From: Candidatus Omnitrophota bacterium
Lineage (GTDB): Bacteria > Omnitrophota > Gorgyraeia > 1-14-0-20-64-10
Assembly: GCA_016201735.1 (NCBI GenBank)
Contig: JACQCH010000011.1
Location: 1,291-65,290, forward strand
Length of the DNA stretch: 64,000 bases
Reading direction: 5' to 3'
Part shown: piece after piece, positions 48,634 through 57,478 of the stretch
Layout: every line of letters starts with the position of its first letter
Position numbering within the stretch: position 1 is the first letter of the stretch
Program-made: the position numbers and the translations under genes
The notes under the pieces: model-generated
What the model saw: only the letters and a program-made list of their open reading frames with translations
What the model was told of the DNA's origin: nothing
Database searches by the model: none

Positions 48634-49953
48634 ATGCGCTGGTCGCAGACGCACATCCCCACGCTCCGCGAGACTCCCACCGAAGCGGAGGTGGTCAGCC
48701 ACCGGCTGATGCTCCGGGCCGGCCTCATCCGGAAACTTTCCTCCGGCACCTATTCGTATCTGCCGCTGGGCATGCGCTCCCTTCTGAAAGTGATCGGGAT
48801 CATCCGGGAAGAGATGAACCGGGCGGGGGGCTTGGAGGTTCTGCTTCCGGCCCTCCAGCCGGCGGAGATCTGGAAACGGTCCGGCCGCTACGCCCTGATG
48901 GGGCCCGAGATGATCCGTTTCAAGGACCGGCACGGGAAGGAGATGGTGCTGGGACCCACCCATGAAGAGGTGATCACCCTGTTGGTTTCCGGCGAGGTCC
49001 GCTCTTATCGGGATCTGCCGAAAAACCTGTACCAGATCCAGGTGAAATTCCGGGATGAACCGCGGCCCCGTTTCGGCGTCATCCGCTCCTCGGAATTTCT
49101 GATGAAGGACGCCTACAGCTTCGACCGGGATGAGGCGGGTCTGGCGGTCAGTTATCAGAAGATGTACGGCGTGTACGGCCGGATCTTCGCCCGGTGCGGG
49201 CTGTCCGCGATTCCCGTCGAGGCGGAGACCGGTGTCATGGGAGGGAAGGATTCCCACGAGTACATGGTTCCGGCGGCAACCGGAGAGGATGTCGTGATCC
49301 GCTGTTCGGGCTGCGGCTACGCGGCTTCCAAAGATAAGTTTCTTTCCAATTCCACCCAGACGACAGGACAGTCTCCTTCACCTGAACCGAAGAGCTCCGA
49401 TCCCTGTCCCAAATGCGGGAAACCGATCGAGGTCCTTTCTGCGATCGAAGTGGGACACATCTTTAAGTTGGGCACCAAATACTCCTCCATCCTCGAAGCT
49501 ACTTTCCTCGATGAGGGTGGCAAACAGAAGCCGTTTATCATGGGCTGCTACGGGATTGGGGTGACCCGGATTCTTGCCGCGGTCGTCGAGACCCATTCGG
49601 ATGATTCCGGGATCCGTTGGCCTGTCTCGATCGCCCCTTATCCGGTGGTGATCGTTCCGATCAATCTGGCGGAACCCTCGACCCGGGAAGCGGTGGAATC
49701 CCTCTATCGGGAGTTGACCCAGGCCGGGCTGGAGGTTCTCCTGGACGACCGGGAGGTCTCCGGAGGGGTGAAGCTCAAGGATGCGGATCTGATCGGGTTT
49801 CCAATCCGCATCTTGATCAGCGAGAAGACGTTACAGAAATCCAGCATCGAGCTCAAACTCCGTTCCGAGACCGAGCCCACCCTGATCGAGCGGGCCCAAG
49901 CGCTCCCTGCCGTTAAAAAGCTCCTTGACAAGGAGTCCCTTCTCGTCGGATAA
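48634..49953 (+). CDS. proS: prolyl-tRNA synthetase, short form without INS editing domain, with a CxxC…CxxC insertion
   Basis: Class II aaRS motifs, proline-specific. 439 aa. Inserted segment CSGCGY…CPKCG. Confidence 0.85.
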   Translation: MRWSQTHIPTLRETPTEAEVVSHRLMLRAGLIRKLSSGTYSYLPLGMRSLLKVIGIIREEMNRAGGLEVLLPALQPAEIWKRSGRYALMGPEMIRFKDRHGKEMVLGPTHEEVITLLVSGEVRSYRDLPKNLYQIQVKFRDEPRPRFGVIRSSEFLMKDAYSFDRDEAGLAVSYQKMYGVYGRIFARCGLSAIPVEAETGVMGGKDSHEYMVPAATGEDVVIRCSGCGYAASKDKFLSNSTQTTGQSPSPEPKSSDPCPKCGKPIEVLSAIEVGHIFKLGTKYSSILEATFLDEGGKQKPFIMGCYGIGVTRILAAVVETHSDDSGIRWPVSIAPYPVVIVPINLAEPSTREAVESLYRELTQAGLEVLLDDREVSGGVKLKDADLIGFPIRILISEKTLQKSSIELKLRSETEPTLIERAQALPAVKKLLDKESLLVG

Positions 49954-50007
49954 TAATCTATCGCTATGTAATATTCCACCGGTTGCATCGAGGTTTAGGT
50001 AAAGATC

Positions 50008-50038
50008 AAGTGGGAGCGTTTCATGTCCCACTTTTTTA
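50008..50038 (+). terminator. intrinsic terminator after proS (gtgggag-[cgtttcatg]-tcccac + TTTTTT)
   Basis: GC-rich stem followed by a run of six T, read directly from the sequence. Confidence 0.6.
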
Positions 50039-50046
50039 TTCTCGAT

Positions 50047-50120
50047 GAGGCCCGGACTTGCGGAGAATCAACGACGCAAGTCCGTTGGCCGAATTGATCC
50101 CGAGCGAAGCGAGGGATCTC
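50047..50120 (+). repeat. structured intergenic element, copy C of the CGAAG-loop hairpin family (5' leader of rimP)
   Basis: gaggcc-cggacttgcg-[gagaatcaacga]-cgcaagtccg-ttggccgaattgatcccgag-cgaagcg-agggatctc. Collinear with copy A, with compensatory stem substitutions. Confidence 0.55.
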
Positions 50121-50123
50121 ATC

Positions 50124-50597
50124 ATGAATCACATGGATAAAGAGGCGGTTCTAAGCCAGGTGAGAGAGCTGATTCAACCTTTGCTGGCCAGCCGCCGGAC
50201 GGAGTTGGTGGAGCTGACCTGCCGGCCCGAGGGAAGCCGGGTGGTCTTACGGTGCCTGGTGGATACGGCCCGGGGGATCACGGTCGATGAGTTGAGCCGT
50301 CTGAACCAGGCGATCGGCGCCTTGTTGGACGAGCATGATCTGATCCCGGATCGGTACCTGCTGGAGGTCAGTTCCCCCGGTTTGGATCGGCCGCTCAAGA
50401 CCCAGATCGATTTCGAACGGACGATCGGCCGGCGGATCCGGGTGATGATGACGGTTCCGGTGGATTCCCAATGGGAAATGACCGGTGAGCTGTTGGGGGC
50501 CGGGGAGGAGATGATTACCTTGAAGCTGGATAATGGGGATAAACTCCAGATCCTGCTGTCCCAGATTTCCCGCGCGGTTCAGGAGATCAAACTGTGA
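50124..50597 (+). CDS. rimP: ribosome maturation factor RimP
   Basis: RimP/YhbC fold motifs (LEVSSPGLDRPL). ATG 50124 has a GAGGGA RBS. The upstream ORF-track extension (50058) would run through the structured leader element. Confidence 0.8.
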   Translation: MNHMDKEAVLSQVRELIQPLLASRRTELVELTCRPEGSRVVLRCLVDTARGITVDELSRLNQAIGALLDEHDLIPDRYLLEVSSPGLDRPLKTQIDFERTIGRRIRVMMTVPVDSQWEMTGELLGAGEEMITLKLDNGDKLQILLSQISRAVQEIKL

Positions 50598-51799
50598 ACG
50601 CTGAATTCTTAGCGGTCTTGGACCATCTGACTCGAGAGAAAGGGATCGACCGGGAGGTGATCCTGGAAGCAGTGGAGTCCGCCTTGGTCAGTGCCGCCCG
50701 GAAGGCAATGGGGCCGAAGGCAGTCGATGTGGAGGTGAAGATCGACCGGACCACCGGGTCGATCAAGATTTTTTCCGATGGGAAGGAGATCCCCGACGCC
50801 GGCTTCGGCCGGATCGCAGCTCAGACGGCGAAGCAGGTGATCTTTCATAAGATCCGGGAAGCGGAACGGAACGTCGTTTTCAACGAGTTCTCCCCTAGGG
50901 CGGGGACGCTTCTGACCGGAAGCATGCACCGTTTCGAACGGGGAGCGGTCATTGTGGAGCTGGGCAAGACGGAGGGGATTGTCCCGAAGCGGGAGCAGTC
51001 CCCCAAAGAGAGTTTCCGTCCCGGCGACCGGATCCGGGCCTACTGCCTGGAGGTCAACAAGACGGCCAAGGGTCCGCAAGTCATCCTCTCCCGCTCGCAT
51101 CCGAACCTGGTCAAGGAACTTTTCAAGTTGGAGGTGCCGGAGATTGCCCAGGGAATCGTCGAGGTGAAGTCGATTTCTCGGGAGGCCGGCGACCGGACGA
51201 AGATCGCCGTCCATTCCAAAGAGGAAAAGGTGGACTGCGTCGGGGCCTGCGTGGGGATGCGGGGCACCCGGGTCAAGGACATCGTCCGGGAGCTGCACGG
51301 TGAGAAGATCGACATCATCCGTTGGAGTCCGAAACTGGAAGAGTATGTCACCGCCGCTTTGGCTCCGGCGAAGGTGGCTGAGATTAAACTGAGTCCGGAT
51401 AAGAAGCGGGCTGAGGTGCTCGTGGACGACGACCAGCTTTCCCTGGCGATCGGCAAGCGGGGCCAGAACGTCCGGCTGGCCGCTAAATTGACGGGCCTGG
51501 ACATTGATATCCGTTCGAAGGCCCAAGCCGCTCAATTGGCGAAGATCAATGTCGCCGATCTGCCCGGCGTTGGGCCGAAGATGCTTGAAGCGTTGACGGC
51601 GGCTGGTTTCGAGACGGTAGCGGGCATCACCCAGGCCAGTTTGGAAGAGCTGACTCAAGCCAAAGGGGTGGGTGAGAAGACGGCGAAGAAACTCCTTGGG
51701 GGAGCCAAGGAACTGCTTGCTCAATTAGAGAAGGAACTCGCCGCTGAGCAGCAGAAGAAGGAACAGCAGCAGGAACAACCGCCGGAGCAGCCGGGATAG
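50594..51799 (+). CDS. nusA: transcription termination/antitermination factor NusA
   Basis: S1 and two KH domains (…IGKRGQNVRLAAKLTG…). GTG start overlapping the rimP stop. Confidence 0.95.
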   Translation: MNAEFLAVLDHLTREKGIDREVILEAVESALVSAARKAMGPKAVDVEVKIDRTTGSIKIFSDGKEIPDAGFGRIAAQTAKQVIFHKIREAERNVVFNEFSPRAGTLLTGSMHRFERGAVIVELGKTEGIVPKREQSPKESFRPGDRIRAYCLEVNKTAKGPQVILSRSHPNLVKELFKLEVPEIAQGIVEVKSISREAGDRTKIAVHSKEEKVDCVGACVGMRGTRVKDIVRELHGEKIDIIRWSPKLEEYVTAALAPAKVAEIKLSPDKKRAEVLVDDDQLSLAIGKRGQNVRLAAKLTGLDIDIRSKAQAAQLAKINVADLPGVGPKMLEALTAAGFETVAGITQASLEELTQAKGVGEKTAKKLLGGAKELLAQLEKELAAEQQKKEQQQEQPPEQPG

Positions 51800-51833
51800 C
51801 CGGAATCGGAGTCGGCGACTTAAGAGGGATCGA

Positions 51834-53972
51834 TTGGCAATGCGCGTATTTGAACTGGCAAAAAAACTAGGGGTTTCCACGAAGGAGCTGACGGCCCTTT
51901 TGGGCCGGCTTCATATCAAGGCTCCGACTCACATGAGCAGTCTGGATGAGGGGGCGGTGGCGAAAATAAAAGCCGCTCTCAAGCCCGCGAAACCTGCGTC
52001 TCCTGCGCGGAAAAAATCGGTGATGCCAGTGAGTAAGCCGGTTCCTCCGGTGAGCAAACCGGCCCCGCCGGTGAGCAGGCCGGCCCCGCCGGTGAGCAGG
52101 CCGGCCCCGCCGGTTGAAAAACCAGTTTCGCCCCCGGCTCCTCCTGTTTTGCAAGAACCAATTCCCGCAGCTAAACTGGCTGCACCGGTCGTTGTCGCGG
52201 CAGAACCACCCCCTTTAAAGCCTCTCTCCATCAAAGTTCCCCTGACAGTGAAAGAATTGGCCGATAAACTTGCCGTTTCCCCCAGCGACTGCATTAAACG
52301 GCTGCTCGGCATGAAGATCTTGGCCACCATGAATCAGCTCCTCACCGAAGAGACCGTTGAAAAACTTTTGAAGCCGTACGGCTACCAGTACCAGCGGATG
52401 CCGACGGTTGAAGAGCAGGTTGAAGCGATCCACGAGGTGGAGGACCGGGCGAAGCTGAAACCCCGCCCCCCCGTAGTGACCTTCATGGGCCACGTGGATC
52501 ATGGAAAGACTTCCCTCTTGGACGCGATCCGGAAAACCAAAGTGGTCGAAGGGGAATCCGGCGGGATCACCCAACACATTGGCGCTTACCGGGTGATCCT
52601 GCCCAAAGGGGTGATCACCTTTCTGGACACGCCCGGCCACGAGGCCTTCACCGCGATGCGGGCCCGAGGGGCTCACGTCACCGACGTGGTTGTCCTCGTC
52701 GTGGCGGCAGACGATGGGGTGATGCCTCAGACCATCGAGGCGATCGATCACGCGAAGGCGGCCGAGGCCACCATCGTCGTTGCCTTAAACAAGATCGACA
52801 AACCCTCCGCCAACCCGGACAAGGTAAAGAAACAGCTCATGGAGCTGGGCCTTAACCCCGAAGAGTGGGGCGGCAAGACGATCATCGTTCCGGTCTCGGC
52901 CAAGACCGGCGACGGCATTGATCAGCTTTTGGAGATGCTTCTCCTGGAAGCGGAGGTTCTGGAATTGAAGGCGGACCCAACCAAACCGGCCCGGGGGATT
53001 GTGCTGGAGGCGGAGCTTTCCAAGGGGGGAGGGCCTGTGGGCCACATGCTGGTCCAGACCGGCACCCTCCATGTTGGAGATGTTTTCGTATCGGGCCCTT
53101 ATTGGGGCCGGGTCCGGGCGATGCTCGACGAGCGGGGCCATCGGTTGAAGGAAGCGAACCCCTCCACCCCGATCGAGTTGTTGGGCCTCAACGGGGTTCC
53201 CAAACCGGGCGAGTCGTTCCTTGTGGTTCCGGATGAGCGGCAGGCCAGGGAGATCGTCTCCCGCCGTCAGGAAGAGCTGCGAGGGGCGACCAAACCGACT
53301 TCCCGGCGGGTGATTACCTTGGAAGAGTTCCACCAGCAGTTAAAGGTTGGAAGGGTCAAAAGTTTGAACCTGATCTTGAAGGCCGACGTGCAGGGATCGC
53401 TCGAGGCGTTGCGCGATTCCCTGCTTAAAATTTCCTCCTCCGAGGAAGTAAGCATGAAGATCATGCACGCCGGGGTGGGAGATGTGACGGAACCAGATGT
53501 CCTGCTGGCCGAAGCTTCGGACGCGGTGGTGATCGGTTTTCATGTGGGGATGACGCCGGAGGCGGAGGTCCTGGCCAAACTGGAAAAAGTCGACGTCCGC
53601 CTGTACCGGATCATTTATGAAGCGGTGGCGGATATCCGGGCGGCCCTGGAGGGCCTGCTGGAACCGCGCCTCGTCGAAACGGTCCTTGGAAAGGCGAAGG
53701 TCCTTGAGGTCTTTAAGGTTTCCAAGTCAGGCACCATCGCCGGCTCTCAGGTCCTCAAAGGAAAGATCGTTCGGGGCGCCATGGCCCGGGTCTTCCGGGG
53801 CGATGAGAAATTGTTCCAGGGAAAGATCTCCTCCCTCAAGCGATTCAAGGAGGATGTCCGGGAGGTGGCCGAAGGCCTTCAGTGTGGGATCAGCGTGTCG
53901 GGCTGGACCGATTTCCAGCCGGAGGACTTGATCGAAGCGGTCGACGTGCAGTCGGTCGCTCAGAAATTATGA
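51834..53972 (+). CDS. infB: translation initiation factor IF-2
   Basis: G domain (GHVDHGKTSLLD, DTPGHEAF, NKID). Pro-rich N-terminal repeat region. Start is TTG 51834 or ATG 51840. Confidence 0.95.
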   Translation: MAMRVFELAKKLGVSTKELTALLGRLHIKAPTHMSSLDEGAVAKIKAALKPAKPASPARKKSVMPVSKPVPPVSKPAPPVSRPAPPVSRPAPPVEKPVSPPAPPVLQEPIPAAKLAAPVVVAAEPPPLKPLSIKVPLTVKELADKLAVSPSDCIKRLLGMKILATMNQLLTEETVEKLLKPYGYQYQRMPTVEEQVEAIHEVEDRAKLKPRPPVVTFMGHVDHGKTSLLDAIRKTKVVEGESGGITQHIGAYRVILPKGVITFLDTPGHEAFTAMRARGAHVTDVVVLVVAADDGVMPQTIEAIDHAKAAEATIVVALNKIDKPSANPDKVKKQLMELGLNPEEWGGKTIIVPVSAKTGDGIDQLLEMLLLEAEVLELKADPTKPARGIVLEAELSKGGGPVGHMLVQTGTLHVGDVFVSGPYWGRVRAMLDERGHRLKEANPSTPIELLGLNGVPKPGESFLVVPDERQAREIVSRRQEELRGATKPTSRRVITLEEFHQQLKVGRVKSLNLILKADVQGSLEALRDSLLKISSSEEVSMKIMHAGVGDVTEPDVLLAEASDAVVIGFHVGMTPEAEVLAKLEKVDVRLYRIIYEAVADIRAALEGLLEPRLVETVLGKAKVLEVFKVSKSGTIAGSQVLKGKIVRGAMARVFRGDEKLFQGKISSLKRFKEDVREVAEGLQCGISVSGWTDFQPEDLIEAVDVQSVAQKL
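52029..52112 (+). repeat. four tandem copies of a 21-nt unit (gtgagcaggccggccccgccg) encoding the VS(K/R)PAPP repeat of the IF-2 N-terminus
   Basis: Direct tandem repetition read from the sequence. It is in-frame and coding. Confidence 0.8.
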
Positions 53973-54103
53973 CCCCGCCCCTCCGTTCCTGCGCTGTCGA
54001 ACAGCGCAGGACAACCAAGATGGAGTTCGACAGCGCTTGTGCCGAGCGATTGCTCGGCACCATGAAAGGCCGTTCGGCCTTTCATGGGAATGGAGGGGCG
54101 GGG
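53973..54103 (+). promoter_or_regulatory. nested multi-hairpin structure in the infB-trpS spacer whose 12-bp outer stem sequesters the trpS RBS
   Basis: ccccgcccctcc (53973-53984) is the exact reverse complement of ggaggggcgggg (54092-54103), and the latter contains the GGAGG RBS for the GTG start at 54103. Three internal hairpins are present, plus alternative pairing between gcgctgtcgaac and gttcgacagcgc. Confidence 0.45.
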
Positions 54104-55074
54104 TGAGACAGCGGGTTCTCTCCGGAATGCGGCCTACCGGCCCCCTGCACCTGGGCCATCTGGTCGGCGCCTTAAAGAATTGGGTTCTCCTTCAGGAACA
54201 GTACGACTGTTTCTTCATGGTGGCCGACTGGCACGCCCTGATGAGCGAGTACGAACATCCGGAAGCGATCGCCCGCAATACCCGGCAGATGGTCGCCGAT
54301 TGGATCGCCGCCGGGATCGATCCCCGGCGCTCGGTGATCTTCCGCCAGTCGGACGTTCCGGAACATCTGGAACTTTACATGGTCCTCTCCATCCTGGCTC
54401 CACTGGGTTGGGTGGAGCGGGTCCCGACCTACAAGGAGCAGCTTCGGGAGGTGACCGGCCGGGACCTGGCGACGTACGGTTTCTTAGGATACCCGGTCCT
54501 CCAGGCGGCGGACATCCTGCTTTACAAGGCGAATGCCGTGCCGGTCGGGGAGGATCAGATTCCCCACTTGGAGCTGACGCGGGAGATCGTCCGGCGGTTC
54601 AAGTTTTTGTACCAGGCGGATATCTTTCCGGAGCCGAAACCACTGTTAACGAAGGAAGCGAAGCTTTTGGGAATCGACGGCCGGAAGATGTCCAAGTCGT
54701 ACGATAATTTCATTGCTCTCTCGGAAGGCCCGGATGAGATCCGGAAGAAGACGCAGAAAATGTTCACCGACCCCAAGCGGATCAAGATGACGGACCCGGG
54801 ACACCCGGAAACCTGCAACGTCTGCCATTACTGGGAGGTGTTCGTCCCCGAGCAGGCCCCCAAGGTTTGGGAGGAGTGCCGGACCTCCAAGCGGGGCTGC
54901 ACCCAGAACAAGCAGGAGCTGGCCGAAGCTCTCATTCGGATCGCGGAGAAATTCCGGAGCTCCCCGGTGGACTCGAACCCGGTGGACAAGATTCTCGCGG
55001 AAGGGGCCGAGCGGGCGACCAAGGTAGCTCGGGCCACGATGCAGGAGGTCAAGAAGGCGGTCGGCCTTTCATGA
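54103..55074 (+). CDS. trpS: tryptophanyl-tRNA synthetase
   Basis: Class I aaRS with HIGH-type motif (TGPLHLGHLVG) and KMSKS. GTG 54103 gives an N-terminus collinear with bacterial TrpS (MRQRVLSGMRPTG…). Confidence 0.9.
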   Translation: MRQRVLSGMRPTGPLHLGHLVGALKNWVLLQEQYDCFFMVADWHALMSEYEHPEAIARNTRQMVADWIAAGIDPRRSVIFRQSDVPEHLELYMVLSILAPLGWVERVPTYKEQLREVTGRDLATYGFLGYPVLQAADILLYKANAVPVGEDQIPHLELTREIVRRFKFLYQADIFPEPKPLLTKEAKLLGIDGRKMSKSYDNFIALSEGPDEIRKKTQKMFTDPKRIKMTDPGHPETCNVCHYWEVFVPEQAPKVWEECRTSKRGCTQNKQELAEALIRIAEKFRSSPVDSNPVDKILAEGAERATKVARATMQEVKKAVGLS

Positions 55075-55808
55075 GCTACAAGGTGAAGCTGGAGATCTTC
55101 GAGGGGCCGCTGGATCTTCTCCTGCATCTGGTCAAGCAGAACCATCTGGAGATTGCCCAGATCCCGATTGCCCAGATCACCGATCAGTACCTGAAGTACC
55201 TGGAGCTGATGCAGGCGCTGGACCTGGAGATCGCCGGGGAGTTTCTCGTCATGGCGGCGACCCTGATGCAGATCAAGTCCCGGATGCTCCTTCCCCCGGA
55301 GGTGTTGACTCCCGAGGAAGCCGAGGAGCCGGACCCGACCCAGGAACTGATTCAGCGGCTCCTGGAATATCAGCGGTTCAAGCAGGCAGCGGAGTTGTTG
55401 AGCACGATGGAGAAGAACCGGTTTGTTCAGTTGAGCCGGCCCGCCGCGCCGGATGGGGCGGCCGCGGCGGAAACCGAGGAGCTGAAGGAGGCCAGTCTCT
55501 TTGATCTGTTGAACGCCTTTTCCCTGTTCATGAAGGGGCAGGTTTCCCGGGAGTTATTCCATGAGGTCATTAAGGATGAGTTTACCGTAGAAGAGAAAAC
55601 GGAGATCCTGCGGAACCTCATTCAGGATCGGGGCAAATTAGGGTTTTCCGATTTGTTCGGCGCCGCCAAGAACACCCTGGAGATCATCGCCACCTTCCTG
55701 GCCCTCTTAGAGCTGATCCGACTCAAGGAGATTGTGGTTCGGCAGGCCCAGCATTTCGGCGAGATACTGATTCTACGGAATACCGACGAGTTAAAGACCA
55801 CCGCATGA
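55071..55808 (+). CDS. scpA: segregation and condensation protein A
   Basis: N-terminus MSYKVKLEIFEGPLDLLLHL is typical of ScpA. ATGA overlap with the trpS stop. Confidence 0.85.
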   Translation: MSYKVKLEIFEGPLDLLLHLVKQNHLEIAQIPIAQITDQYLKYLELMQALDLEIAGEFLVMAATLMQIKSRMLLPPEVLTPEEAEEPDPTQELIQRLLEYQRFKQAAELLSTMEKNRFVQLSRPAAPDGAAAAETEELKEASLFDLLNAFSLFMKGQVSRELFHEVIKDEFTVEEKTEILRNLIQDRGKLGFSDLFGAAKNTLEIIATFLALLELIRLKEIVVRQAQHFGEILILRNTDELKTTA

Positions 55809-56419
55809 CAGACACAGAAGCAAAACGGATTCTCGAAGCCCTTTTGTTGGTCTCGGACAAACCGCTTCTCCTGGAACAGGCCCGCGAGACCATCGGGGCC
55901 GATTTTCAGGAGACCGATCTGCGGCGGGCCCTGCTCGAGATGGCCGAGGAATACGCGGCAGCCAACCGGGGAATGCGGATCGTGGAAGTAGCGGAGGGGT
56001 TCCAGCTGGTCACCGACCCGGAACTGTACCCGTACGTGACACGGCTGACCCATCGGGTGAAGACGGTCCGGCTCTCCCGGCCCGCCCTGGAAACACTGGC
56101 GATCATCGCCTACCGCCAGCCGCTGACCCGGGTTGAGATCGAGCAGGTGCGGGGAGTGGACGCCTCCGGCGTTTTGGATACCCTGCTCAAGTTCAACCTG
56201 ATCAAGGTCACGGGCAGGAAGGAAGTGGTGGGGCGGCCCCTTCTTTACGGAACGACCCGTGAATTCTTGGATCATTTCGGGTTAAAGAGTCTGGAGAATT
56301 TGCCGACGCTGGAAGAGCTGAAAGCAATGGCCGGACCCGTAGCGCCTGTCCCTGCGGGAGAACCTAATGAGCCAGTCAACGAATCAACGAACCCTCAATC
56401 AGCTGCGCAAGCGGATTGA
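55805..56419 (+). CDS. scpB: segregation and condensation protein B
   Basis: Tandem winged-helix ScpB motifs (ILEALLLVSDKPL…). Overlaps scpA by 4 nt. Confidence 0.85.
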   Translation: MTDTEAKRILEALLLVSDKPLLLEQARETIGADFQETDLRRALLEMAEEYAAANRGMRIVEVAEGFQLVTDPELYPYVTRLTHRVKTVRLSRPALETLAIIAYRQPLTRVEIEQVRGVDASGVLDTLLKFNLIKVTGRKEVVGRPLLYGTTREFLDHFGLKSLENLPTLEELKAMAGPVAPVPAGEPNEPVNESTNPQSAAQAD

Positions 56420-56639
56420 CCGGATCGACCGGAAACTGGTCGGCCTCTTAAACGAACGGGCCGCGCTGGCGGTCCGGATTGGCGATCTGAAAAAGAAAAA
56501 GGGGCTTCCGGTCTTTGACCGCCGCCGGGAAGCCCATGTCCTCTCCCGCTTGAGCCGGAGCCGGAACGGGAAACTGCCGGCCACCTCGATCCGGAAAATC
56601 TTCCGGGAGATCCTGGGTGAGAGCCGGAAACTCCAATGA
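56367..56639 (+). CDS. chorismate mutase (AroQ class), stand-alone
   Basis: 90 aa. CM_2 pattern LRKRIDRIDRKLVGLLNERA…. Confidence 0.7.
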   Translation: MSQSTNQRTLNQLRKRIDRIDRKLVGLLNERAALAVRIGDLKKKKGLPVFDRRREAHVLSRLSRSRNGKLPATSIRKIFREILGESRKLQ

Positions 56640-57478
56640 GCACCATCGCCTATTTGGGTCCGGAGAAAACGAACACCCACTTCGCGGCGCAGAAGAAATT
56701 CGGCCGGCGCTGCCGCTATCTTCATGCCCCGACGGTGGAGGATGTGTTCCGATTGGTGGAACGCCGTAAAGCGGAGTATGGGGTGGTGCCGATCGAGAAT
56801 TCACTGGAAGGGGCGGTGACCCACACGCTGGACCGGTTCATCGATTTCAAGGATTCGCCGGCGAAGATCTGCGGTGAGATCGAACTTCCGATTCAACATT
56901 ACTTGATTATTCATCCTGGAGCGGCCGTTGGAAAGATTCGGGTCGTCTACTCCCACCCGCAGGCTCTGGCGCAGTGCCGGCCCTGGCTGGTCAAGAACTG
57001 TTCCGGGGCGAACTACCGGGAGCGGGATTCCACCGCGGAAGCGGTGAAGGAGCTGTTTAACAAAGAGGAGAAGTCTTGGGGATTGAACGAGCGGGGGGCG
57101 ATCGGTCGAAGCGAGCTGGCGAAGGAGCATCGGTTGAAGACAGTCCCGATTCCCCATGATCAGGAGAATAAGACCCGCTTCCTGATCATCTCGCTTAAGG
57201 CCACACGACCGGGGAAACGGAATAAGACCTCTCTCATGTTCGCTCTCAAGGATCGGCCGGGAGCTCTGCACGACACGCTGGTGCCTTTTAAACGATGCGG
57301 GATCAACCTGACCAAGATCGAATCCCGCCCGTCGAAGCGGAAGGCGTGGGAGTACCTGTTCTTCATTGATCTGGAAGGACACGAATCGGAACCCCGCGTT
57401 CAGAAAGCGCTCAAGGGTCTCGGGGAAAGCACTTCCGATTTACGGATCTTGGGATCATACCCGATCCAGAGGGGATAG
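56636..57478 (+). CDS. pheA: prephenate dehydratase with C-terminal ACT domain
   Basis: PDT domain followed by an ACT domain (…LMFALKDRPGALHDTL…ESRP). Overlaps the chorismate mutase gene by 4 nt. Confidence 0.85.
   Translation: MSTIAYLGPEKTNTHFAAQKKFGRRCRYLHAPTVEDVFRLVERRKAEYGVVPIENSLEGAVTHTLDRFIDFKDSPAKICGEIELPIQHYLIIHPGAAVGKIRVVYSHPQALAQCRPWLVKNCSGANYRERDSTAEAVKELFNKEEKSWGLNERGAIGRSELAKEHRLKTVPIPHDQENKTRFLIISLKATRPGKRNKTSLMFALKDRPGALHDTLVPFKRCGINLTKIESRPSKRKAWEYLFFIDLEGHESEPRVQKALKGLGESTSDLRILGSYPIQRG

Noticed and set aside
52029-52112. Tandem 21-nt repeats considered as a possible CRISPR or VNTR locus
   Set aside because: They are in-frame within infB and encode the Pro-rich N-terminal linker of IF-2. 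There are no spacers of unique sequence.
54037-54102. ORF-track TTG start for trpS at 54037 (N-terminal extension MCRAIARHHERPF…)
   Set aside because: The extension runs through the nested hairpin structure. GTG 54103, preceded by GGAGG, gives an N-terminus collinear with bacterial TrpS.
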